A stretch of 53,078 bases of DNA from a virus (IMGVR_UViG_3300033067_001252:1-53078); one strand, 5' to 3'. Positions 6,833 through 16,961 are shown, counted from the first letter of the stretch. The notes: generated from the letters alone by a model not told the origin. Numbers and translations: made by a program.

Positions 6833-8998
6833 ATGTTCCTCACTCTCGCCTTTCTAAACCTCCTCTTGGGGGCTCAGACTATTTACACCGTTTGTGCCTC
6901 GGGTTGTACTTACACAAACACAATCGTGGGGCTCCAAAATGCGGTAACGGACATCCCATGTGGTGGGATTATCGAAATCACAGCGGGCCAATCTGTGACC
7001 AACACCACGGGCTCACCGTTGTTTTTAAAATACAAAAGCGGTTGTGCGACCTACACCACAATCCGATCTTCTGGCGTTGGAGCACTTGCTCTTGGCGCGC
7101 GAGTAACCCCTTCCGATACCGCAAAACTCGCTAAATTAACCGTAGGCTTCGGTCCCTATGCGGTTATTACAAACGAAGTTGACCCCGTAACAAAAAATGG
7201 TGCGGCTTGGTGGAAATTTCACGGAATCGAGATAACCGCCTATAACGGGTTCATGGGGGATTTAGTTGAATTCGGTTCCCGTTCCCCTACGCTCGATTAC
7301 GTTAATGATAATGAGATTAAAAACCTCGCCCATCACATTTATTTTGACCAATGTTATTTCCACGGAGATTCGACTAGCACAGATGGCCCCCGTAGAGGAA
7401 TCCGCGCAAATCTCGCCTCAATGACGGTCACAAATTCCTGGTTTGAGAACTTTAAAAATCAAAACGGAGAATCAAACGCCATAGGTGGGTGGAATTCTCT
7501 TGGACCGTTTTTATTCAAAAACAACCACTTTGAAGCGGTCGCCATCACAACCCTTTTCGGTGGGGCTCAACCAAACATCTCAGGACTTCGCGCGAATGGG
7601 TTATTCTTCCTTGGTAATCACTACTACCGCTCCTGGAAATACCGCGTCCGTTACCAAACCGTAAACCCGTCAGGAACCTGCCTATGGGATTCCAACGGGG
7701 GTGAATACTACCAAAACACCTCAAACGGAACTTACTGGAGGTGTGATGGCGGAGTGTGGACCTCAATCCTCGCCGCAAACTTTTCCCCCTATTACTGGCA
7801 AAAGAATATTTTTGAACTCAAAAACTCTTGGCGAACATTCGTGGAGGGAAACTACTTCGAGAACGCATGGAACCCCGCCACTCAAAATCAATATGGCGCG
7901 ATGTTCCTTTTCAATCTCGTAGACAACGACCCCCCAGCCGGAACCGTTGAACCCTTCGCCACGGTAGGTTACGTGAAGATTAAAAACAACTACGGACGCC
8001 GCACCCCTTGGCTAGCCTCCTTGGGCTCCATCGGTGGTCCTTACTACCTCTGGCATAATAATTTATCTTTTGAAAATAACGTCTTTGAAGAAATCGGAGA
8101 TTCCCCCTACACTCTCCCAGCGGCGGAAACCAATGGCTCCAAGTGGGGCGGAAATTTTATGGCCTTCCCCGCAAATGCAATTAACGTCTCCTATTCATTC
8201 AACACCTTCATATCCCGAAACCCAATCGAAGCCAGATCTGCGTATCTCTTCGGAACCCCACTTTCGAGCCAAACAACTCAAGCGGGAATTATGGGGAATA
8301 TCTTCTCTTGGAACAAATACGGGGTTTATAACGATAACGACGGGGGGAGTTTATGGAATTCTATTTCAAATGGATTCGCCGTAGGATATAACATAGGCCG
8401 AAATGTGGTGATTAACAACGAATCCTTAAGCATCTACGGACGGCCCTCTCCGATTGTAAACATTGCGTATAACGTAGAAAGCCCCTCAACCCCTATGCCT
8501 TGTGTTGGTTCCACAAATGAAATGACTGGCACCGGGGCTACATATAACGGTAACTGCGGCTTCCCATCCTCTAATTCCGCCGTTGGTTTCCTTGATTACG
8601 CCTCTCATAACTACACCCTAGATAGCTCCTCTGGGTACCGTCGATGGGGACCACTTGGAAAAGATCCTGGGGCAAGATTTCCTATCGTCACATGGTCTAC
8701 CGCTGGGGTGTCTGTTTCAAACGCAACTCTCCCCACGTTTTTAAATTTTGAAATCAAATCCGCTAAGGCCACTTCGTCAAAGATAACCTTTACCTACACC
8801 GCGTATGATTCCTCCACATGCGACCTTATTGTGAGTGCTTACCCGGATTTATCCTCTCCCACAACGGTAACTGATTCCGGGGGGTATCTAGACCGCTCCA
8901 CGGAGGTAACTGGACTCGCCGCGAACACTCGGTATTACTGGAGGGCGTTATGTGCGGGGACTTATTACCGAGAAGGTATAGCTCTAACGAATCCTTAA
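6833..8998 (+). CDS. Signal-peptide right-handed beta-helix (pectin-lyase-like) protein with a C-terminal FN3-like domain; candidate tailspike/depolymerase
   Basis: TVCASGC..LQNAV cap; Asn-ladder repeats (VTNSWFEN, FKNNHFE, VEGNYFEN, FENNVFE); C-terminal VTGLAANTRYYWR. Confidence 0.75.
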   Translation: MFLTLAFLNLLLGAQTIYTVCASGCTYTNTIVGLQNAVTDIPCGGIIEITAGQSVTNTTGSPLFLKYKSGCATYTTIRSSGVGALALGARVTPSDTAKLAKLTVGFGPYAVITNEVDPVTKNGAAWWKFHGIEITAYNGFMGDLVEFGSRSPTLDYVNDNEIKNLAHHIYFDQCYFHGDSTSTDGPRRGIRANLASMTVTNSWFENFKNQNGESNAIGGWNSLGPFLFKNNHFEAVAITTLFGGAQPNISGLRANGLFFLGNHYYRSWKYRVRYQTVNPSGTCLWDSNGGEYYQNTSNGTYWRCDGGVWTSILAANFSPYYWQKNIFELKNSWRTFVEGNYFENAWNPATQNQYGAMFLFNLVDNDPPAGTVEPFATVGYVKIKNNYGRRTPWLASLGSIGGPYYLWHNNLSFENNVFEEIGDSPYTLPAAETNGSKWGGNFMAFPANAINVSYSFNTFISRNPIEARSAYLFGTPLSSQTTQAGIMGNIFSWNKYGVYNDNDGGSLWNSISNGFAVGYNIGRNVVINNESLSIYGRPSPIVNIAYNVESPSTPMPCVGSTNEMTGTGATYNGNCGFPSSNSAVGFLDYASHNYTLDSSSGYRRWGPLGKDPGARFPIVTWSTAGVSVSNATLPTFLNFEIKSAKATSSKITFTYTAYDSSTCDLIVSAYPDLSSPTTVTDSGGYLDRSTEVTGLAANTRYYWRALCAGTYYREGIALTNP

Positions 8999-9014
8999 AG
9001 AATTAAATATTTAA

Positions 9015-10913
9015 ATGGCAAAAGAATTATTAGATGAGATCCAAAAGAATGACAAAGTGGATCTCCTCAAGTTATCCCCCAAGGAGATAAATTCCCTTCG
9101 TTTATCAAGGTGGCGCGCTAGAACGGATCTCCTTTACCTCGTAAATAATGTTCTAGAAAAACCCGATGTAAATCAGGATTTTAACGGTCCCCTCATTGAC
9201 CTCCTTCAAAAGTTCCCCAAACCCAAGACAAAGGAAGAAGCGTTTGAAAAAGACAAGTTTGTGGAAGGAAAATGGCTCTATACCCCCGTTCAGCCAAATA
9301 TCGAACTCCTCCAAGGCCCACGAAGACGGTTAATTCTCGATTTTCGCGGATCTTGGAAAACCACAATCAATTGTGAATGCCATTCCATTCAATGGCTCTT
9401 AAATTACCCCACCGCTTGTCTCGCGATTTTCCAGTATAAACTTGAAAAAGCGGAAACGATTCTTAAGGCCATTAAGGAACATTTCCAGTTTAATGGAAAA
9501 TTCCGAGCCCTATTCCCTGAGTTATGTCCTCCACCGGAGAAAATCTATGAATACGGAACTAAGGCTCACTTTGACATCTGGGATATAGAGCACAAGCGTA
9601 AATCCACACGTAGGGAAAAAAGTGTGATGGCGGCTTCCCTTGACGCTGGACTCGCGGGATATCACTTTGAAATTTGTAAATACTCTGACGTGGTGGAACC
9701 TGAAAACACGGAGACTCTCGAACAGTGCCAAAAGACAATTGATAAATTTGGCAAGGCCGAATACCTCCTCATTGGTTTAGGCTACTGGATTGACGTAGAG
9801 GGAACCCGCTATCACTTTGGAGATCTCTATGGGAATATCCTCAACCGTAGGGCTAACCAGATAAAGAAACTCGGGAAAAGCGAATGGGAGGTTTACTGTC
9901 GTGGAATCTTCATGCCGGACATGGACCCTAAGGAACGTAAGTACACTCCAGAGGAACTCGCTTTACCGGATAAAAAGGATGAGAAGGGCCTTCCGATTCC
10001 ATCTTTTCCCCCAAACCTCGCCGGAAGATTTGGCTCCACAGAAAAGTTACTCTTGAACGCAGAAGAAGATCCAACCAACTTCGCGGCCCAAATGCGTAAT
10101 AACCCTATCGGCGGCAGAGGTGGTGTTCCAGATTTCCCAATCCTAATGAAGGGGGAAAAGTTTGATCGCCCCTGCGTTATACCCTCTTCGGACTACAAAA
10201 TAATGCCAAAAGCGTATTCAATTTTAAGTGTGGACTTCGCGGAAACCGTCTCCGAACGTGCAAACTGGACCGTATTCTCCCACGCCACAATAAATCGAAT
10301 GGGGGAAACTTTTGTGGATATGATCGTTAGAGAGAAATGGCAGCCACATGAGAGTGTGAAGGCGCTTATTAAATTCTGTAATGACCTAAAGCCCACTTAT
10401 CTCGTGATGGAGGAAGTAAACTTCACCCGTGGTCTAAGAGTAGCCATCGAAGGGGAATGGCAACAGAATCCGTACAACTATAAGCCAACGATAAGGTGGA
10501 CCAAACGGCCCGCGAATAAAGAAAAAGAAGAACGAATCCGCCTCACCCTCCAACAACCATATAAACTCGGAACTCTAAAATTCGTTAAAGATCATATAAT
10601 GCCTTCCGCGTGGGAGGGTTTACTCCAGGAACTTCGGGAATTCCCCCGCTCCACCTCAGACGACATTTTAGATTCCATCTCCGACATCTACGACACTAGG
10701 GATTGGTTCGGAAAGGAATGGGGAAAACCCATAGTCCCTAATGAATTCATCCACGTGATGAACGACCCCGGCGCACAAGCCGAATGGAATGCTCTCATTG
10801 GTAACGTTCCTATGGAAATCTCCCCCCTGACAACGGATTCCACAAACATCCTGACTCCAGATAATCTAATCGATTCGTTTTACGCAAATTTTAAATCCCC
10901 TCCAGGGTGGTAA
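9015..10913 (+). CDS. terL: Terminase large subunit
   Basis: Walker A-like FRGSWKTT; GYHFEICKYSDVV Walker B region; EGTRYHFGDLYG; RNase H-like LSVDFA and FPRSTSDDILDS; upstream of portal. Confidence 0.92.
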   Translation: MAKELLDEIQKNDKVDLLKLSPKEINSLRLSRWRARTDLLYLVNNVLEKPDVNQDFNGPLIDLLQKFPKPKTKEEAFEKDKFVEGKWLYTPVQPNIELLQGPRRRLILDFRGSWKTTINCECHSIQWLLNYPTACLAIFQYKLEKAETILKAIKEHFQFNGKFRALFPELCPPPEKIYEYGTKAHFDIWDIEHKRKSTRREKSVMAASLDAGLAGYHFEICKYSDVVEPENTETLEQCQKTIDKFGKAEYLLIGLGYWIDVEGTRYHFGDLYGNILNRRANQIKKLGKSEWEVYCRGIFMPDMDPKERKYTPEELALPDKKDEKGLPIPSFPPNLAGRFGSTEKLLLNAEEDPTNFAAQMRNNPIGGRGGVPDFPILMKGEKFDRPCVIPSSDYKIMPKAYSILSVDFAETVSERANWTVFSHATINRMGETFVDMIVREKWQPHESVKALIKFCNDLKPTYLVMEEVNFTRGLRVAIEGEWQQNPYNYKPTIRWTKRPANKEKEERIRLTLQQPYKLGTLKFVKDHIMPSAWEGLLQELREFPRSTSDDILDSISDIYDTRDWFGKEWGKPIVPNEFIHVMNDPGAQAEWNALIGNVPMEISPLTTDSTNILTPDNLIDSFYANFKSPPGW

Positions 10914-10940
10914 AATCACTATAGGAGGAGTTTTGTTAAA

Positions 10941-11180
10941 ATGTCTTGGCTTAAAAACGTAGGAAAAGGTCTTGGAAAGGTGGGATTTGGCCTCAAAGCC
11001 GCCCTAGGTTCCTCCATCGCACTCGATCTCGCGGAAACTTTAGCGAAATCCAACCCGGATGTGCCCCCAGCGATATCCCATGTGGCAGCACTCATCGTTC
11101 AGGGGTTAATAATTTACAAAATGGCGAACAACAACCCCGATGGGACCCCCGCCACCACCCCTTATAAGAAGGAAAATTAA
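10941..11180 (+). CDS. Small membrane-associated protein, holin-like candidate
   Basis: Amphipathic N-terminus, hydrophobic HVAALIVQGLIIY, C-terminal NPDGTPA; AGGAGG RBS. Confidence 0.6.
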   Translation: MSWLKNVGKGLGKVGFGLKAALGSSIALDLAETLAKSNPDVPPAISHVAALIVQGLIIYKMANNNPDGTPATTPYKKEN

Positions 11181-11188
11181 AAATTTAA

Positions 11189-13465
11189 ATGCCCGAATAC
11201 GGAACAGTGCCGGAAGTTGAGCAGATTTCTCTATCGAATGAACCGTTTAAATTCTCCACGGAACAATTAACGGAGTCCTATGCGCTCACACAAGTTCTTC
11301 AAGATTTTTATTGGTACGAAAGGGAGCGCCAAAGTTCGGAACGACGCTGGAGATTAAATGACGCCCTCTATTGCGCCTATGTAGAACCCCGGTATTGGCC
11401 GAACACGAAGCTCATGAGGTCAAATCTCGGGGCTGGAATCGTGAGTGAACAAGTGGAAGCCGCCTATGCAATGCTTTGCCAAGCGCTTTTCACCCAACCG
11501 GAGTATTTTTCCATTGAATCCGACGTGGGGGGTGATCCAAAAGCGGCCCGAGCACAGGGGGCTTATATGGATTATGCGTTTAATTACCCCCAGCTAACCC
11601 AATTAAGCGCGGAAGTGGAGTATAAAAACGCGGCGAAGGATCAGTTGCTCTACGGGGCGGGTATTCTTAAGGTAGAGTTCAACTCCGATCTCAAATTACC
11701 TTATATAACCCGTAAGGACCCTCGAAATATCTACTTCGATCCCGCCACTCCAGGGCCTTTTATCGACCGTTCTCGCGCGGTTATCGAAAGAACGTTCCTC
11801 ACTATCGAAGAACTTGAGAAATTTCGCGCCGATAAGCGAATGTATGTCCCCTCAAATGACATTCTATGGACCCTCGCTCAAGGAGTTAACAAAACGGATG
11901 GTGATCGGGGTAAAGAATATAAGGAATCCCTCCACGGGGTTATGTATTCCATCGGCGCAAGTGATAATTCCCCCGTTCCATCACAAAAGAAAATCGAACT
12001 CCTTCAGTATTACTCGAAAAATCAAATTATTTGGATTTTAAACCGCAAAATCGTGATGTACAAGGACGAAAACATTTACGGGTTCATTCCCTACGTCCTT
12101 ATCCCTTGTTACGTCTACACTGGTAGTCCTTATTCTCTTTCGATAGCGGATATGCAGGAATCCAACCACCGTTATCTAGAATCCCTCGTAAATGCCCGCT
12201 TAGATCAGGTCACACTTTCCCTATTCCCCCCACGGGCAGTTCCTAGGGGCTTTATGTTCACCCCTCAAATGCAAACTTGGGGGCCTGGGTCAATGTACCA
12301 GATGGAAAACCCGGATCAATTCAACGCGATCACCCCCCAAGATACAACAAAGGATATTTTCCAAGAGATTGGATACATCCAGAACACTGCGGATAGACGA
12401 ACGGGAATTAATTCCATGTTAAGCGGAATGCCTTCCCCGTCAAACGCGAATCGAACCGCTCAAGGTGTTAATTCTCAGCTTCAGGGGTCCGCCATTAGGC
12501 TCTATCCTATTGTTGATAATTTCGAAAACTATGGGATTATCCCCTCGGTGTGGAAGGCCCTTAAAATAAGTGAAATCCATTTAACCTCAAATGACGCAGT
12601 TCCAGGGGTTTTAAGGGACCAAAATAACCCCGAGGAAGTTCAATTCATCCGTATCTCTGCCGAAGCGTTTAAACAAAACACCCGTGTGCGTTGTAGAGCC
12701 GCCTCAAAGATGCTCTCCCGAGATCGATTAACTCAAATGTACCAATTTGTTGCCCAAAATGTGATGAACGGGCAAGTGATCGGGATGTTGAATCAAAGCG
12801 GCCAAACTGTGGATTTCTCCGAATTAATCCAAATGTTAATGGACGCCACTGGCGTACCTCGTCGTTACCAAATCATCCGTCCCCTAAGCGATCAAGAAAA
12901 GCAGTTCATGCAGCAACAACAACAAGCCCAGGAACAGGCAAAGCAACCTGGGGAAATGGCAAAGGCCCAACTCGAAGCCCAAACCCGCCTCCAAATGGGC
13001 CAAATGAAAGCCCAGGGGGAACAGCAGAAAAACCAAGTTGCTTTACAAATCGCGCAAATGAAATCCTCTGGCCCCACCCCTGAGGAAATCCAAATGGAAC
13101 AAATGAAGAACCAAATGGAGATGGCTCTTAAGAGTAAGGACATGGAGATGAAGGACCAAGATATGCGCTCTAAAGAAGCCGTAGCGAGGTTGAAAATCTT
13201 CATGGATCAAGCTAAACTAAGAGCTAAGCAGGGAGAATTACAAATGAAGGCCCAAGAGGGTCAAATGGGACTCGCCGCAAAACGCCAAGAAATGGGGATG
13301 AATTTACAAACTAAAGCCCTCATGAACCGCCAAGCGTTAACCCACTCCCAGGAGGCCCATGAACAGAAACTCGAATTAAAAGAAAGTGAGCCCCGAGTTA
13401 ACTCCGTTAGAGTTCGTAAGAGTGCCGTTCAAACGGATCGTAAACGAGGGGATAAGAAGAGTTAA
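11189..13465 (+). CDS. Portal protein (P22-like) with a long Q/M/K-rich coiled-coil barrel
   Basis: YGAGILKV, DPRNIYFDP, IPYV..P, ADRRTGI...SG, RTAQGV motifs; position after terL. Confidence 0.92.
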   Translation: MPEYGTVPEVEQISLSNEPFKFSTEQLTESYALTQVLQDFYWYERERQSSERRWRLNDALYCAYVEPRYWPNTKLMRSNLGAGIVSEQVEAAYAMLCQALFTQPEYFSIESDVGGDPKAARAQGAYMDYAFNYPQLTQLSAEVEYKNAAKDQLLYGAGILKVEFNSDLKLPYITRKDPRNIYFDPATPGPFIDRSRAVIERTFLTIEELEKFRADKRMYVPSNDILWTLAQGVNKTDGDRGKEYKESLHGVMYSIGASDNSPVPSQKKIELLQYYSKNQIIWILNRKIVMYKDENIYGFIPYVLIPCYVYTGSPYSLSIADMQESNHRYLESLVNARLDQVTLSLFPPRAVPRGFMFTPQMQTWGPGSMYQMENPDQFNAITPQDTTKDIFQEIGYIQNTADRRTGINSMLSGMPSPSNANRTAQGVNSQLQGSAIRLYPIVDNFENYGIIPSVWKALKISEIHLTSNDAVPGVLRDQNNPEEVQFIRISAEAFKQNTRVRCRAASKMLSRDRLTQMYQFVAQNVMNGQVIGMLNQSGQTVDFSELIQMLMDATGVPRRYQIIRPLSDQEKQFMQQQQQAQEQAKQPGEMAKAQLEAQTRLQMGQMKAQGEQQKNQVALQIAQMKSSGPTPEEIQMEQMKNQMEMALKSKDMEMKDQDMRSKEAVARLKIFMDQAKLRAKQGELQMKAQEGQMGLAAKRQEMGMNLQTKALMNRQALTHSQEAHEQKLELKESEPRVNSVRVRKSAVQTDRKRGDKKS

Positions 13466-13473
13466 ATATTTAA

Positions 13474-13809
13474 ATGCTCGATGACCTAAATCCACTCCAA
13501 CTCCAGGCCCTTCACCAAGTTTTTCTCACGGAAGGGTTTGGACTCCTAATGGATATCCTAGATGGGACCTTCAAGGAGGTAACCAAAACCGCAGTTAACA
13601 CCGATTCCACCGCAGACGGGGATATCCAAGCGATGAATCAAATCCGAGGGTTTTATGCCGCCATTGACACCATACGGATAACCGAAAGCGAAGTATCCTC
13701 AAGGGTTAATGAAACCCAGCAAAGTCTTTTCTCACAACGAGATAACTACGATCACCCATGGATCGCAGAAGGATCTAATGGGAAAGAAACCTTCCTAGGA
13801 GGGTTATAA
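13474..13809 (+). CDS. Conserved-position small head-module protein
   Basis: Helical 111-aa ORF between portal and scaffold. Confidence 0.75.
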   Translation: MLDDLNPLQLQALHQVFLTEGFGLLMDILDGTFKEVTKTAVNTDSTADGDIQAMNQIRGFYAAIDTIRITESEVSSRVNETQQSLFSQRDNYDHPWIAEGSNGKETFLGGL

Positions 13810-13840
13810 TGAAATTTAAAGAAAGGTTTTTTAATTTTTA

Positions 13841-14710
13841 ATGTCCACCGAAGTAAACCCCACCGCGCAGAGTAATGCTGGTGGGATTGATGAAATTTTA
13901 AACAAATATTTAAACGAAGGCAAAGGAGGTGATCCAGCATCTAGTTCCTCTGCGGCTCCACTTAACTTCCGTTTCGGAAATGAACAACTAAGTGTTAAGT
14001 CCGTTGAGGATCTCCAAAAGGAGGTTGACGCGAGGATGGCGCAGATTGCCCAGGCGTATCAAAATGAGCGCGCTCAGTGGCAGTCTCAGTTAAATTCTTA
14101 TAACAATCAACCTCCCCCGGCTACCACACAGGTCCCCCAAAGTGTTGAAACTAAGGGGGATGACCCTGTGGAGTTTGTCCAAAAGTTAGTGAGCGATCCT
14201 CGGGGCACCCTTGAAAGCGCACTTGGGGATCGTTTAAATCGAATTAACGAACTCGAAACCCGCCTTGAGAAGCAATCCTTTACAATGGCGCACCCTATGT
14301 ATGGTTCCGATCCGCGAATTATGCAGGGATTACAAACCCTTTGTGAAAAACAAGGGATGCCACTAACCGCGAGTAATCTAGAAATGGCGGCTTCATGGGC
14401 GGTTTCTCAACGGCTCCTCCCCTCCGAGGATACTTTCCGCGAACAACAGCGCCAACAACTACTCCAGGCTATTGCTCAAAATGGAAACGCAACTCCGGGG
14501 GGAAATGTAGTCCAAATGCCGCCACCCCAAGGGATTCCATCCAATTCCCCGCATGCCCAATACATGGCCCCCCTTCCTCCACCCTCCACCAGTGGTGTAA
14601 CTGGAAGTACGGTTACCCCTAATCAGATTGAGATGGCCTCTCAGATGGCGGATAAGATGTCCCTAGAGGATCTCAAGAATATCATTTATCGTGCAGGAGG
14701 TTCAATTTAA
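13841..14710 (+). CDS. Capsid scaffolding protein (putative)
   Basis: Coiled-coil, Q/P-rich, C-terminal KMSLEDLK helix; upstream of capsid; TATAAT at 13805-13810. Confidence 0.75.
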   Translation: MSTEVNPTAQSNAGGIDEILNKYLNEGKGGDPASSSSAAPLNFRFGNEQLSVKSVEDLQKEVDARMAQIAQAYQNERAQWQSQLNSYNNQPPPATTQVPQSVETKGDDPVEFVQKLVSDPRGTLESALGDRLNRINELETRLEKQSFTMAHPMYGSDPRIMQGLQTLCEKQGMPLTASNLEMAASWAVSQRLLPSEDTFREQQRQQLLQAIAQNGNATPGGNVVQMPPPQGIPSNSPHAQYMAPLPPPSTSGVTGSTVTPNQIEMASQMADKMSLEDLKNIIYRAGGSI

Positions 14711-14716
14711 TAATTT

Positions 14717-15352
14717 ATGCCCCTAAACCAATACGAACTCATCCCCCCAGGGTTACCTTTTTACAAGGACGAAGCGGATTTTGCCGCTAAAGCCCCTGGT
14801 ACGCCCGCCCCACGGAATCCTTATAAGCCCACAAAGTTATGGCGGGATAATGCCCCCGTGTGGAATCCCTTTTCATTCTGGGAATCTGGGATTAAGTACA
14901 AATTCTTTGCGCGAACCCCCTTGGGTAACATCGCGTTAACCTCAATTGACCGGAACAACCCCCTTTTCACTTCCACTTATAACCTCACAGTTGTGAATAC
15001 CCTCGTAGAACATGCGTATTTATTCCCCAATGGTGTCCCTTATTTAGTGGAAATCTCCCTACCCGCTTCCTATGCCGCAGAACTCAATATCTCAGGTGAT
15101 CCGAATCTACCACCTATGGACTTTCCCGTAAAGGATGGTTCCTTCGTATTCATCCCCACAAGTGACGGGAAGAGTGTCACCGCTTACGACTACCAAGAGT
15201 TTCTAGCGAAAGCTAAGCCACCCCAAATGACCGATGATGACAAGGTGGAGGCGATTAAGAAAATCCTCACGATGAGTATGACCTCGCAAAGCAAACTCCA
15301 AGCGATCCTAAAGATGGTAACCACTTCCTATCCCTCGGTGGTTATTACTTAA
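14717..15352 (+). CDS. Hypothetical protein (211 aa)
   Basis: ORF between scaffold and capsid genes. Confidence 0.8.
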   Translation: MPLNQYELIPPGLPFYKDEADFAAKAPGTPAPRNPYKPTKLWRDNAPVWNPFSFWESGIKYKFFARTPLGNIALTSIDRNNPLFTSTYNLTVVNTLVEHAYLFPNGVPYLVEISLPASYAAELNISGDPNLPPMDFPVKDGSFVFIPTSDGKSVTAYDYQEFLAKAKPPQMTDDDKVEAIKKILTMSMTSQSKLQAILKMVTTSYPSVVIT

Positions 15353-15358
15353 AAATAC

Positions 15359-15405
15359 TTGTAAAATGAGGGGGAACGTAGTATAATTCCCCCTTATGTT
15401 ATACT
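15359..15405 (+). promoter_or_regulatory. Capsid promoter(s) overlapped by an inverted repeat
   Basis: TTGTAA (15359-64), 17 bp, TATAAT (15382-87); second element TGtTATACT (15397-405); inverted repeat 15366-76 / 15387-97. Confidence 0.65.
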
Positions 15406-15433
15406 TAAAGTGAAAGAGAGATATCTTTAAACA

Positions 15434-16438
15434 ATGGCTTACGTTCCTGTAGGAATGACAACTACGAGCACTGGGTTAGCCCACCTAGTTGCCACGTATT
15501 ACTCAAAAGTGGGGCTGGATCGTGCTCAGAAGACATTCCGATTTAAGGAACCTGCCTTTTCTGATATGATGCCCAAGCGTGTGGGTCGGACCTGTCAATG
15601 GTTCCGTTATGACAACATGACGGGCACTACGGCAACCTCACGTGAAGGGACCGTGGGTACGTCGCTAACGATTAGTTCCAAGATTGTAGCTGCGGATCTA
15701 TCCCAGTATTCCGCGTTTATTTCTTTAAGCACCTTCGTACAGGATACGGCAATCGATCCTATCGCGGAAAACGCCTCCGATCTCCTAGGGTATCAAGCAG
15801 GGCTTTCTAACGACCTCGTGATGCGTGCTGTGGTGGATAATTTCAACTCCTCAACCGTAATCACTGCGAATGACACCTATTTAACCGCAGAAGATGTTCG
15901 TGGTGGTTATACTCGCCTCCAGGGACGTGATTTCCTACCCTTCGATGACGGTAATTTCCTTTGTATCCTACATCCCTATACATGGTTCGATGTTATTAAC
16001 GATCCCGCTGTAAACGGCTATTCTGACATGTTCAAGTACTCTGGTGCGCCAAAGTTCTTGAACAACGATACAAACGCCCGTAAGATGGGTGGGGATGTTT
16101 TCAACGGTGTGAAGTGGCTCCGAACCACCAACGTAGCGACCGGAACCGATGCGCAAAGCCGGAACACCTATCGTGTTTATCTATTCGCGAAGAACGGTGT
16201 GGGTTATTCCTCACTAGAGGGTGTGGCACCATCTGACGTTACCGATCCTAATACTCAAAAGTTTAAGATCAACACGATTAGCTCCCGTGGTGTGACTCCT
16301 TACGATCCAACTGGGGAAATCGGTACCATCGTTTCATATCGTTATACCTTCACTGGTGTGGTAACCGAGGGTCCTTCCGGTATCGGTGGTAACTTCCGTT
16401 ATGTAACCTGGGATGTCCCAACTCGGTTAGGTCTATAA
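15434..16438 (+). CDS. Major capsid protein (HK97 fold, N4-gp56-like family)
   Basis: MPKRVGRT.QWFRY, EG..G, QYSAFI..S......IDP, HPY..FD, GVKW.RT, DP.GE.G.VSY motifs; 334 aa. Confidence 0.92.
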   Translation: MAYVPVGMTTTSTGLAHLVATYYSKVGLDRAQKTFRFKEPAFSDMMPKRVGRTCQWFRYDNMTGTTATSREGTVGTSLTISSKIVAADLSQYSAFISLSTFVQDTAIDPIAENASDLLGYQAGLSNDLVMRAVVDNFNSSTVITANDTYLTAEDVRGGYTRLQGRDFLPFDDGNFLCILHPYTWFDVINDPAVNGYSDMFKYSGAPKFLNNDTNARKMGGDVFNGVKWLRTTNVATGTDAQSRNTYRVYLFAKNGVGYSSLEGVAPSDVTDPNTQKFKINTISSRGVTPYDPTGEIGTIVSYRYTFTGVVTEGPSGIGGNFRYVTWDVPTRLGL

Positions 16439-16459
16439 GGAAAAGGAGAAAATAAAACT

Positions 16460-16960
16460 ATGGCTGACAAAATCTTACTTTCTAACGATGCAATTCGCGG
16501 ATACGGTTTTGATGTACAGTACATCACTCTCCCGATCCTTCAAAATGAATCCTCTGCCCATGCCACAAGTGCAAACACTTTGGTCCCCCTGTTTACTCTA
16601 CCCGGTAATGCACGTATCGTAGACTTCTTTATCGATACCGTTAACGTGGCCTTGAGTGCGTCTGGTTTCGTATCTGGTACCATCAGTGCGGATCTTCGAC
16701 GTAACTCAGCTACTGTTCTAAGCACCGTTCCTGCGATCACTGGTCCGGTGGCTACATCCGCCTTGGTTGTGCGCCAGTGTACCTTGGGTCCAAGTGCTGC
16801 AAATATTGTCAGTGCTGTCGTAAATCAGGCATCAAGTCTCTGTTCGGCTGGTGACCAACTAGCTGTAAACTGGACAATGCAGTCAGGAGCTAGCGCTGCA
16901 CCAGGAAGCGCCGGACGTGGTTTCAAAGCAACTGTGGTTCTGCGCTATGCTGCTGAATAA
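16460..16960 (+). CDS. Putative capsid decoration/cement protein
   Basis: Beta-rich, LFTLPGNARIVD motif; directly after the capsid gene with a strong RBS and before a terminator. Confidence 0.7.
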   Translation: MADKILLSNDAIRGYGFDVQYITLPILQNESSAHATSANTLVPLFTLPGNARIVDFFIDTVNVALSASGFVSGTISADLRRNSATVLSTVPAITGPVATSALVVRQCTLGPSAANIVSAVVNQASSLCSAGDQLAVNWTMQSGASAAPGSAGRGFKATVVLRYAAE

Positions 16961-16961
16961 T

